In this document: in pieces, positions 1 to 7,412 of the stretch
Layout of the letters: every line of letters begins with the position of its first letter
Position numbering within the stretch: position 1 is the first letter of the stretch
Source: a virus
Lineage: Duplodnaviria > Heunggongvirae > Uroviricota > Caudoviricetes
Strand: one strand, 5' to 3'
DNA length: 12,407 nt
IMG/VR virus record: IMGVR_UViG_2541047881_000002
Location: 1 to 12,407 of that record
Made by a program: the position numbers and the translations under genes
Notes under the pieces: model-generated
The model's input: the letters and a program-made list of their open reading frames with translations, nothing else
The model's database searches: none
What the model was told of the DNA's origin: nothing

Positions 1-3000
1 ATGCTGAAACGTCTGTTAAGTAAACTGACGGGAAACCGTCAGCAGATAGAACATCACCTAAAAAATCAGTACCAGGTTGAGGAAAACGGACTTAGCTTTC
101 CGCTATCGCTGGTTGATGATTCGCAGCTTTGGGCACTGGCATCCTGGCTAGAACAACTGGCTGAAGAAGACTATCTGATATCACTTACAGACCGGTGGTT
201 GTTGAGTTGGGACGCACTGTATCGCCTGCTGGAGGATGAGGAACATGCCAGCAGCCTGCCTCTTATCGGTGTACCTGACGTACTGCCTTTACGCGCAAGC
301 CTGAGTTCACGAGGAGCATTAAGCGATAGCGATTTTCGCGTCTGGATTGCTGAATGGGCTACGCTTCCAGCCCGCAAGCCGATCCGTTTCAGTCGTACCG
401 GTGCCATTTTAACCCATGAAAATCAGCAATACCTGTTATCGCGTGAAAACTGGGCACTCTTACAGGCAACAGAACAACTCAGTGCACAGAAAAATCAGAC
501 TCCTGGTGAAACCACTAACCAGTTGGGATGGGCCGCTATCCGCAAATGTGCGAAGCAAGCAGCCGCAAAATTTGATGATTATTTAGAAAAAACGCATGTC
601 GTCAAACCAACTTCATTGTCATTACGTCTGCGTAAAGCAACGGTTGCCGATACTGCTGTTATCGAAATTGAGCCCCATTTCGAGGACCAGCCTGCTAACT
701 GGCTAGGCAGTTTTGACAAAAACTCGCAGGTTCACGATAGCTACCGCATCCCTGGAGAGAATGGCGAACTCAGCCATGTCATTATCCCTCCCGAAGTGAA
801 AGAAGTCCTGAATTCAATACACTCGATTCCAGGCCGTCGAGTGGCCGGAAGCGAAGCGCTTTCCTTTGTTCGCAATCCTTATACCTTCCTGGGTGAAGAT
901 GCCGCCAGTGTTATTGCCCCTGAAGAACATGAACAGGCACTGTTTGATGCCAGGATTTTCTTTCATCATTTCAGGTTGATACCGCAACTGAATGCGGAAA
1001 ATAAGATCGCAGAAGTTACGCTGGTACTTGAGCCTGTTTCACCTGTTCCCCAGCCAGAAATCACTTTTGGGTTCTCAGCCCCCCGGGAGCTGGATAAATT
1101 CATACAGCAACTCGGTATTAGCGTCGCTGCACAGATGCCTGCCGGTTCATGGCAAGGTTACGAGCTGGAATTAAGTCAGTTCACTGAACAGCAGTGGCAC
1201 GATTGCCAGGCACTTCTAACTCGCTGGCAGCAAGAAATAGAAGGAAAAGAATTTAGCGATGTGCTGGATATTGCGAAGTATGGCGATCGCGTGATTGGCA
1301 TTGGTGAATTTGAAAAAATCTCCTCTCCCTGGCTGACCAAAGCGCAGAGTGAAAACTGGCTTCCAGATGACATCGATTTCTCCGCGTTTTCAGTCGAAAC
1401 ACTGTCTGGCTGGCAACCTGAAAACCTTCACCATTTCGATGAACTGCAGGAGAGAATTACTCAGGCAGAAGCTGTAGGTGAAACGCATATCACCGCACCA
1501 TGGAATGACAGCCAATTACCGTTGGATGCTGCTAAAACCTTCAGTAAGAACTGGGAAAAACAGCAAAGCACTGCAAATGAATCTCAAGGCAACGTTGCAG
1601 ATAAAACGGCCCGAGCCGTACTCAAAATTGAGCAGAATATTGAAGAAACGGCCTACATCAAACAGCGCCGCAATTCACTCCTCAATGCGCGTCATGCCGA
1701 GCCTGAAATTCCTCTGAGCCTTAAAGAGCATATCCGACTCAAAGACCATCAACGTGAAGGCGTAGCCTGGCTCCAGCAACTCTTCCTTCGTTCACCTGAG
1801 GAAACCGCAGGTTGCCTGCTGGCGGATGATATGGGGCTTGGGAAAACGCTGCAAATTCTGAGCTTCCTGGTATGGTTCATTGAAAAATTCCCGCAAGAAC
1901 CGCCAAGTCTCATTGTTGCTCCTGTCTCTCTTTTAGATAACTGGGAACGTGAACTGGACAATTTCTTCTATACCGCAGGAATACCGGTATTGAAATTGTA
2001 TGGCGAGACCATTAAAGCGGTGAAATATCCCAAACAGGCTATCCCTGCTCATCTGCAATCTCAGGGGATCAAAAACCTGCTTAAACCTGGCTGGCAGGGT
2101 GAGGCGAAAATCATCCTGACAACCTACGAAACGCTTCGCGACCAGGAGTTTTCTCTGGCACGCCAGCCGTGGTCCATTATGGTGTGCGACGAGGCACAAA
2201 AAATAAAAAACCCAGCTGCGTTAATCACACATGCGGCCAACGCGGTACAAGCCAGGTTTAAAGTGGCATGTACAGGAACACCTGTCGAAAACACACTTGT
2301 CGACCTGTGGAGCTTATTTGATTTTGCCCAGCCAGGATTGTTAGGGGCACTAAATGAATTTGGTAAACACTATGTTCGCCCCATCGAGAACGAAGATGGC
2401 CGCGATACGGAACGGTTGGAAAGCCTGCGAGCGCTGATAGAACCTCAGACTTTACGCCGAACCAAAGAAGAGGTTGCGCGTGATTTACCTCAGAAAATTG
2501 AAGTGGAAAGCTGCAAGCAATTGACGTTGTCTGGCGTGCAAAAACAGCTCTACCTTTCGTCCGTTGCAAATTGGCAACAACAGCAAGCACTGAGCGAAGG
2601 GATGCAGCAGGCCGGAACCGGTATGTTAGGTTTGTTACACCGACTGAAACTCATCTGTGCACACCCTGCAGTAGTTAATCCAGAACCACGTTTTCGTGAT
2701 AACTCACCCAAGCTTAACTGGCTGCTGAAAATACTCGCAGAACTAAAACACACCACGAAAGATAAGGTCATTATTTTTACGGAGCTTCGAGATTTACAGC
2801 GCGAACTTCAACATGCGATCCACCAAAAGTTTGGTTTCCGCCCTGTCATTATCAATGGTGATACCAGCACTAAAAGTCAAAGTCAAAACAGCCGCCAGCG
2901 CCTGATTGATGATTTTCAGGCTCAGCCTGGGTTTGGGGTGATTATTCTCTCTACGGTTGCCGTCGGATTCGGCGTTAACGTCCAGAAAGCCAATCATGTT

Positions 3001-3243
3001 ATTCATTTCACTCGCTGCTGGAACCCAGCCAAAGAAGATCAGGCAACAGACCGGGCGTACCGAATTGGGCAAACTAAAGATGTGTATGTCTATTACCCGA
3101 CGGTGAAGGACACTGAAATCACCACATTTGAAGAAACACTGGATGACCTTCTGCAGCGTCGACGTGCATTGGCCAGAGATATGCTCTGCGCTACTCCCGA
3201 TTTGAGTGGCGCGGATTTTGAGGCCATTTTGAAGGGGGCTTAA
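1..3243 (+). CDS. SNF2-family (Swi2/Snf2-type) helicase/ATPase, 1080 aa, with an uncharacterised ~560-aa N-terminal region
   Basis: Single uninterrupted ORF from ATG at 1 to TAA at 3241-3243. Translation shows SNF2 motifs: motif I LLADDMGLGKT (nt ~1819-1848), motif II MVCDEAQKIKN (DEAQ box), motif III TGTPVENTLVDLWSLFDF, and C-terminal motif VI QATDRAYRIGQ. Residues 1 to ~560 carry no motif I can recognise. Confidence 0.85.
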   Translation: MLKRLLSKLTGNRQQIEHHLKNQYQVEENGLSFPLSLVDDSQLWALASWLEQLAEEDYLISLTDRWLLSWDALYRLLEDEEHASSLPLIGVPDVLPLRASLSSRGALSDSDFRVWIAEWATLPARKPIRFSRTGAILTHENQQYLLSRENWALLQATEQLSAQKNQTPGETTNQLGWAAIRKCAKQAAAKFDDYLEKTHVVKPTSLSLRLRKATVADTAVIEIEPHFEDQPANWLGSFDKNSQVHDSYRIPGENGELSHVIIPPEVKEVLNSIHSIPGRRVAGSEALSFVRNPYTFLGEDAASVIAPEEHEQALFDARIFFHHFRLIPQLNAENKIAEVTLVLEPVSPVPQPEITFGFSAPRELDKFIQQLGISVAAQMPAGSWQGYELELSQFTEQQWHDCQALLTRWQQEIEGKEFSDVLDIAKYGDRVIGIGEFEKISSPWLTKAQSENWLPDDIDFSAFSVETLSGWQPENLHHFDELQERITQAEAVGETHITAPWNDSQLPLDAAKTFSKNWEKQQSTANESQGNVADKTARAVLKIEQNIEETAYIKQRRNSLLNARHAEPEIPLSLKEHIRLKDHQREGVAWLQQLFLRSPEETAGCLLADDMGLGKTLQILSFLVWFIEKFPQEPPSLIVAPVSLLDNWERELDNFFYTAGIPVLKLYGETIKAVKYPKQAIPAHLQSQGIKNLLKPGWQGEAKIILTTYETLRDQEFSLARQPWSIMVCDEAQKIKNPAALITHAANAVQARFKVACTGTPVENTLVDLWSLFDFAQPGLLGALNEFGKHYVRPIENEDGRDTERLESLRALIEPQTLRRTKEEVARDLPQKIEVESCKQLTLSGVQKQLYLSSVANWQQQQALSEGMQQAGTGMLGLLHRLKLICAHPAVVNPEPRFRDNSPKLNWLLKILAELKHTTKDKVIIFTELRDLQRELQHAIHQKFGFRPVIINGDTSTKSQSQNSRQRLIDDFQAQPGFGVIILSTVAVGFGVNVQKANHVIHFTRCWNPAKEDQATDRAYRIGQTKDVYVYYPTVKDTEITTFEETLDDLLQRRRALARDMLCATPDLSGADFEAILKGA

Positions 3244-3279
3244 CCGATACGAGTGGCAATACCACCAGCAGTCGAACCG

Positions 3280-3409
3280 ATTCATTTGAAACGACACGTA
3301 GCCGCGATGGATCTGTATCACCTACCGACAGCTTGGGAAAGTCCCGAATTACAAATGTTCAGGGGAATACCATAACCTGCCGGACTTATTCGTTTGGAAC
3401 GACGTGTTA
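3280..3409. repeat. Pair of imperfect 22-nt direct repeats (3280-3301 and 3388-3409, 16/22 identical, differences mostly transitions), each flanked by short inverted repeats
   Basis: ATTCATTTGAAACGACACGTAG versus ATTCGTTTGGAACGACGTGTTA. The second copy is enclosed by CGGACT (3381-3386) and AGTCCG (3416-3421); the first by GTCG and CGAC. Lies in the 520-bp non-coding gap between two convergent genes. Confidence 0.4.
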
Positions 3410-3764
3410 CGACTTAGTCCGAGGGAAACATGCCAGGTAAAAACCGAATATCCATCCTCAGCTTTAGCAAATACCTCCCCATACTCGCTACTTCATATTG
3501 AGAAGATATTGTGTTGCTCATATTGCTTTGAGCATGCTCTTCAGCGTTTACATGTGGATCGTACTACCCTGATGATCCGATGCGTTGTTTACTGCTTTTA
3601 ACCTCTATATACAAAACCCCCACTAAATATTTTTCTGAGACTAACGGTAAATCATTATCTATCATGTAGTTACGATAGAATTGCATGTATCTGGCACAAA
3701 ATAAGGTTTCATTACGTTCTATCTTGTTAAATATAAAGGGATCATTTCCTCCCAAAGTCACAAT

Positions 3765-4478
3765 CTACAGGAACGGTTTCAATAACATCGGATCAATGAT
3801 CCCCTCTGGAAAATCGTAAAGATGCTGACGCGCTGTCGTCTCCTTCAGTCCCGCTGCTTTAGCAAAATCGCTGACGGAGTAGCCTTCAGGCCACCAGCTC
3901 TGATAGTAAATATCAAAATACTGCCCCCACTCTGCGCTCATCGGGCGTCGTGATAGCTGTCGGGCAGCAGATTTCTGAGTCAGTTGATATTTCACAATAT
4001 ATTCACCAACGCTAAGACCATTCTCGACTTTTTCGCGCTGAAACTGGCGACGATGGTAAACCCAGAACAGCGCCCTAAGCGATGCGCCACCAGCTTTATG
4101 CAGCGCATTCCAGGCTCTGCGGTGCGGTATCCTGTAGCGTTGCGCGTATTCGGTTTGTGTAATGCCATGCAGAATCGCTTCACGACGATAATTTTGCTTG
4201 TGCCAGGCCCAGTCAATCTTCCAGCGGTCGCATCGCTCGCTGTAGTCCTGAGCTCTTTTCTGGCGGGCAACAGGCAACTTCAGAAAGTTTTCAAAGAGTG
4301 TATCCAGCGAGCACGCAACCGGATGGATATGCTGCGTTTGCAGACGTATCTCATTGGGCGTAAGTGGGCGATATTCGAGCCCCGTTAGACGTTCCAGCCG
4401 CCATTCATGATAGTTTTTTCGACGACGTCTATTCCCGGCATACTTCAAACGATACAGTGCCTGTTCAGCGTATGACAT
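3765..4478 (-). CDS. YagL/YfjJ-like island protein, 237 aa; C-terminal W/Y-rich domain paralogous to the C-terminus of the adjacent Rep-like protein
   Basis: ATG at 4476-4478 preceded by a strong SD (AAGGAG, 7-nt spacer); stop TAG at 3765-3767. C-terminus (SAEWGQYFDIYYQSWWPEGYSVSDFAKAAGLKETTARQHLYDFPEGI) aligns with the 315-aa protein (SPHWLRHFDRYYDNYWPCGVSVAQYCNWHDLNPSTARRYLCDYPPAV). A 14-bp overlap with the upstream gene suggests an operon. Family assignment is from recall, not a search. Confidence 0.65.
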   Translation of the reverse strand: MSYAEQALYRLKYAGNRRRRKNYHEWRLERLTGLEYRPLTPNEIRLQTQHIHPVACSLDTLFENFLKLPVARQKRAQDYSERCDRWKIDWAWHKQNYRREAILHGITQTEYAQRYRIPHRRAWNALHKAGGASLRALFWVYHRRQFQREKVENGLSVGEYIVKYQLTQKSAARQLSRRPMSAEWGQYFDIYYQSWWPEGYSVSDFAKAAGLKETTARQHLYDFPEGIIDPMLLKPFL

Positions 4479-5412
4479 ATTGAATCTCCTTTTGAAGCCA
4501 ACCCCTCAGGATGCCAGGTGAGATAACTGCTGGTGGATAATCGCAGAGATAACGCCGGGCTGTTGAAGGATTTAAATCGTGCCAATTACAGTACTGAGCG
4601 ACGCTGACTCCGCAGGGCCAGTAATTGTCGTAATAGCGATCGAAATGCCGTAGCCAGTGAGGAGATAGTTGAGGTTTTTCAGCTGCTTTTCCGCGCTGAT
4701 ACAGCTTCAGTAAACGCTGAATGCTGCGAATCTGGCTATTTGTTTCATAATCCAGAGAGTCAATCTCTGCGGGTTCATTATCACCGAGAAATAACGGGTC
4801 AAGCTTACCTGGCAGCGGACAGTAACGTTCGGCAGGTGGCTGGCATTGCTTGAGTTTGGCTGGAGTCCTGGGTTTAGGCTTTTGTTGCTTCAGTACTTTG
4901 TAGTGCTTGCGTCCGTACAACGGAATATGTTTTGCGATTCCGGTCTTAGTGGCGTATTTAGCGAAATAGCTCAACCTTAACAGAAGCTCCCCCAGGGTCT
5001 GCGAATCGCGCTTATGGACCATGTAGTATCCGTTTTTGGGAAACCAAACTTTCCCGTTAGTTGCCGAACTCCAGGTCTTCTCCACCAGCCCATTCAATAC
5101 CTTTGGTGTACGTATGTGGTTCCCGTCCACCATGAGCACACAGTGATAGTGCTGCGCTGTCGCTTTGTCATGCTCACGAACCCAGAATATATCGAAAAAA
5201 GACTTTGGATAACGAGCACGTAATACCTGGGCTAATTGCTGGCAGAAGTCCGAAATAACCTGATTGTCATCTGTATAGCTCTTGAGATGTAAATCATAGC
5301 GAACAGCCAGAAAACGCGAAGTCCGCAGATAGGTTTGATTCACCGTATCAAAAAGGGCTTCCATGATCCTGGAATCATACTCTCCCTCTGCATGAAGTAT
5401 CGGCCAGAACAC
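4465..5412 (-). CDS. YagK/YfjJ (inovirus Gp2-like) rolling-circle Rep-like protein with HUH motif, apparently 5'-truncated at the IS junction (possible pseudogene)
   Basis: The ORF has no ATG start: the first candidate is GTG at 5410-5412 with no SD, and the frame stays open for 32 more codons up to the IS end at 5509. Contains AQHYHCVLMVDG (HUH-like) and LSYFAKYATK (Y-x-x-K-Y, resembling the phiX174 gpA active-site motif YVAKYVNK as I recall it). Confidence 0.6.
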   Translation of the reverse strand: MFWPILHAEGEYDSRIMEALFDTVNQTYLRTSRFLAVRYDLHLKSYTDDNQVISDFCQQLAQVLRARYPKSFFDIFWVREHDKATAQHYHCVLMVDGNHIRTPKVLNGLVEKTWSSATNGKVWFPKNGYYMVHKRDSQTLGELLLRLSYFAKYATKTGIAKHIPLYGRKHYKVLKQQKPKPRTPAKLKQCQPPAERYCPLPGKLDPLFLGDNEPAEIDSLDYETNSQIRSIQRLLKLYQRGKAAEKPQLSPHWLRHFDRYYDNYWPCGVSVAQYCNWHDLNPSTARRYLCDYPPAVISPGILRGWLQKEIQYVIR

Positions 5413-5550
5413 TTCGTCATACAGAAAGTATCCTTGAGCATTAATCCACTGAGCTGCTTGCGAGGCCGGTATATTATTAATTACCGATGGTTTCTCGAAC
5501 TGATGATCTGAACCGCCCCGGGTTTCCTGGAGAGTGTTTTATCTGTGAAC

Positions 5551-6441
5551 TCAGGCTGCCAGATCATCGTTTCCGATGGAAGCATAATAAGCTTTTTCTG
5601 CTTCTGCCGGAGGAGTATGGCCCAGCCTTTCCAGCAATCGTCGATTGTTATACCAGTCCACCCACGTGAGTGTGGCCAGTTCCACTTCTGCACGGTTTTT
5701 CCAGCTCTTACGGTGTATTACCTCCGCTTTGTAAAGACCATTGATGCTCTCCGCCATCGCGTTGTCATACGAGTCGCCTGTACTTCCTGTTGATGCCAGT
5801 AATCCGGCTTCCTTAAGCCGCTGTGTGTAGGCCAGCGATACATACTGAGAACCTTTATCACTGTGATGGACCGTGCCGGACGGTCGACGGGCCCATAACG
5901 CCTGCTCCAGTGCATCCAGCACGAATGTCGTTTCCATGGACGATGAGACCCGCCACCCCACGATGTATCCGGCAAACACATCAATGATGAACGCCACATA
6001 GACGAAGCCCCGCCATGTGCTGACGTAAGTAAAATCAGCCACCCACAGCTGGTCAGGTCGTTCTGCCACGAACTGACGGTTTACGCGGTCGCCTGCGGCA
6101 ACGGCTTTCCGGCTGATGGTCGTACGGACCTTTTTACCCCGGAGAACACCGGCAAGTCCCATAACCGCCATGAGGCGCGCCACTGTACATCTGGCCACCC
6201 TGATTCCTTCCCGTAACAACTGACGCCAGACTTTACGCACACCGTACACCTGATGATTTTCATCGTATACGCGCTGTATCTCTCTCTTCAGCCAGTCATC
6301 GTGCTGCGCACGGGCACTGCGTTTATCCGGATGATGTCGCTGTTGCTGACAATGGTAATACGTTGACGGGGCAATATGCAGTTCGCTGCATACCGGTCCG
6401 ACCCCGTACTGCTCACGCAGCTTATCCAGCAGTGGCATCAT
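5551..6441 (-). CDS. IS3-family transposase OrfB (DDE catalytic core), 296 aa
   Basis: Translation carries the IS3-type DDE triad context (WVADFTYV ... HHSDKGSQY ... [11 protein letters not shown]). Begins ATGATG, overlapping the orfA stop in the -1 frame. Confidence 0.9.
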   Translation of the reverse strand: MMPLLDKLREQYGVGPVCSELHIAPSTYYHCQQQRHHPDKRSARAQHDDWLKREIQRVYDENHQVYGVRKVWRQLLREGIRVARCTVARLMAVMGLAGVLRGKKVRTTISRKAVAAGDRVNRQFVAERPDQLWVADFTYVSTWRGFVYVAFIIDVFAGYIVGWRVSSSMETTFVLDALEQALWARRPSGTVHHSDKGSQYVSLAYTQRLKEAGLLASTGSTGDSYDNAMAESINGLYKAEVIHRKSWKNRAEVELATLTWVDWYNNRRLLERLGHTPPAEAEKAYYASIGNDDLAA

Positions 6442-6449
6442 TTTTTCCA
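6438..6449 (-). other. Candidate programmed -1 ribosomal frameshift site at the orfA/orfB junction (CTGGAAAAAATGATG on the minus strand)
   Basis: A run of six A (6441-6446) immediately precedes the orfA stop TGA (6438-6440), with orfB in the -1 frame. IS3-family elements make OrfAB by -1 frameshifting; a canonical A-AAA-AAG heptamer is not present here, so the exact site is uncertain. Confidence 0.4.
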
Positions 6450-6764
6450 GAGGCGGTCGAACTCCGCCTTCGCAAAATAAGCGGAAGCCTGGCGAAGGAT
6501 ATCGTTACTGCGGCGCAGTTCACGATTTTCACGTTCCAGCTCTTTCAGACGCTGACGTTCAGCGCTGGTGAGCCCACCATCACCGCCCCCGGTATCCCGC
6601 TCATGCTGGCGAACCCAGACACGCAGAGTCTCCGGCGTACAGCCAATCTTTGGGGCAATGGAACAAATTGCCGCCCACTGTGAGTCATATTCATCCTGAC
6701 TTTCCAGAACCATACGGACTGCCCGTTGACGGACTTCGGGGGAAAAACGAGTATTTTTAGTCAT
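6438..6764 (-). CDS. IS3-family transposase OrfA (HTH and leucine-zipper-like region), 108 aa
   Basis: ATG at 6762-6764 (minus strand), 54 bp inside the left IR; ends ...RLWKK with TGA overlapping the orfB ATG. Coiled-coil-like [17 protein letters not shown] segment is typical of IS3 OrfA. Confidence 0.9.
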   Translation of the reverse strand: MTKNTRFSPEVRQRAVRMVLESQDEYDSQWAAICSIAPKIGCTPETLRVWVRQHERDTGGGDGGLTSAERQRLKELERENRELRRSNDILRQASAYFAKAEFDRLWKK

Positions 6765-6847
6765 CCTGTTTACCTCTTTCTCAGGAAGTTTAGTCTCCAG
6801 GATTCCCGGGGCGGTTCACCTTGCTTCCGGCTGGTACCGTCCTTTTT

Positions 6848-6936
6848 ACAAAACAGAGAAGAGCATCACCGGACGACGGGCTCATAACCCAATCCATCCG
6901 GGCGGCAGTCACCGCAGGTGTTCTTCTCTGTTTTGT
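6848..6936. repeat. Perfect 15-bp inverted repeat (ACAAAACAGAGAAGA at 6848-6862, TCTTCTCTGTTTTGT at 6922-6936) enclosing a 59-bp GC-rich spacer
   Basis: Read directly; arms extend imperfectly (CATCACCGG / CACCTGCGG). Spacer contains GGGCTCATAACCC, an anticodon-stem-loop-like hairpin. Lies between the IS left end (6818) and the yfdP-like start (6985). Confidence 0.7.
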
Positions 6937-6984
6937 GGAGAAACTAACCGACCTTGCAGGGTCGATATGATGAGGAGCAGCAAA

Positions 6985-7347
6985 ATGGCTAGCGAACGCA
7001 GTACTGATGTGCAGGCATTTATCGGGGAGCTGGACGGCGGCGTATTTGAAACCAAAATCGGCGCAGTTCTCAGTGAAGTCGCTTCCGGTGTGATGAACAC
7101 GAAAACCAAAGGTAAGGTCTCGCTCAACCTGGAAATCGAACCGTTTGATGAGAACCGAGTGAAAATCAAACACAAACTCTCATATGTTCGCCCGACTAAC
7201 CGCGGGAAAATTTCCGAAGAAGACACCACCGAAACGCCGATGTATGTCAATCGCGGTGGTCGCCTGACTATTCTGCAGGAAGACCAGGGACAGTTACTGA
7301 CTCTTGCCGGTGAACCTGACGGAAAACTCCGCGCAGCAGGTCGTTAA
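6985..7347 (+). CDS. yfdP: YfdP-like prophage protein, 120 aa
   Basis: ATG at 6985 preceded by GAGGAG (6973-6978, 6-nt spacer); the track ORF start at 6967 lacks an SD. The 120-aa length matches K-12 CPS-53 YfdP as I recall it, and it is first in a five-gene series matching the yfdP-T lengths. Confidence 0.7.
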   Translation: MASERSTDVQAFIGELDGGVFETKIGAVLSEVASGVMNTKTKGKVSLNLEIEPFDENRVKIKHKLSYVRPTNRGKISEEDTTETPMYVNRGGRLTILQEDQGQLLTLAGEPDGKLRAAGR

Positions 7348-7412
7348 TATCGTTTTTAATTAACTGATTATTTATCTCATCACTGAATATCTTTATATAG
7401 TGAGGACTTATT

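Larger units (their letters stand above)
5509..6818 (-). mobile_element. IS3-family insertion sequence, 1310 bp, most consistent with IS629 (orfA/orfB with -1 frame overlap)
   Basis: Imperfect terminal inverted repeats: 5509-5535 TGAACCGCCCCGGGTTTCCTGGAGAGT versus reverse complement of 6792-6818 TGAACCGCCCCGGGAATCCTGGAGACT; ends are TG...CA. Two transposase ORFs inside. Flanking triplets ATC (5506-5508) and CCT (6819-6821) differ, so no target-site duplication. Element name is from recall of OrfA/OrfB sequences and the 1310-bp length. Confidence 0.88.

Noticed and set aside
3254-3278. tRNA 3'-end-like motif (TGG, 13 nt, AGTCGAACC) with the same spacing as the thrW 3' end, considered as a tRNA fragment or degraded att site
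   Set aside because: Only the T-loop octamer and TGG match; the intervening 13 nt share 3 identities with thrW, and the implied T-stem and acceptor stem do not pair. Probably chance, though an ancient att remnant cannot be excluded.
171-3321. Antisense or alternate-frame ORFs overlapping the SNF2 gene (171..407, 992..1174, 1176..1373, 1478..1717, 1749..1961, 1933..2199, 2258..2590, 2550..2771, 2794..3321)
   Set aside because: All lie inside or opposite a 1080-codon ORF with clear SNF2 motifs, have Ser/Arg/Cys-rich low-complexity translations, and none has a convincing SD.
3404-3761. Two 65-codon ORFs in the convergent intergenic region (3404..3601 +, 3564..3761 -)
   Set aside because: Both start at GTG without an SD, lie in AT-rich low-complexity sequence, and have Cys/Tyr-rich translations with no recognisable features.
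3984-4388. ORFs 3984..4388 (+) and 3992..4270 (-) overlapping the 237-aa gene
   Set aside because: Embedded in or antisense to a gene that has a strong SD and a conserved paralogous domain; typical shadow ORFs.
5014-5223. Plus-strand 69-codon ORF inside the Rep-like gene
   Set aside because: Antisense to a gene carrying HUH and Y-x-x-K-Y motifs; no SD.
5481-6263. Short ORFs within or across the IS (5481..5693, 5487..5669, 5545..5793, 5718..5999, 6081..6263, 6363..6683)
   Set aside because: They overlap the transposase orfA/orfB reading frames or span the IS terminus; the transposase frames are the ones with recognisable DDE and HTH content.
6790-7250. Minus-strand ORFs 6790..7173 and 6909..7250 antisense to the yfdP-like gene, plus the upstream ATG at 6967
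   Set aside because: Both antisense ORFs cross the inverted-repeat region and lack SD sequences. The ATG at 6967 has no SD, whereas ATG 6985 has GAGGAG at optimal spacing and gives the expected 120-aa product.
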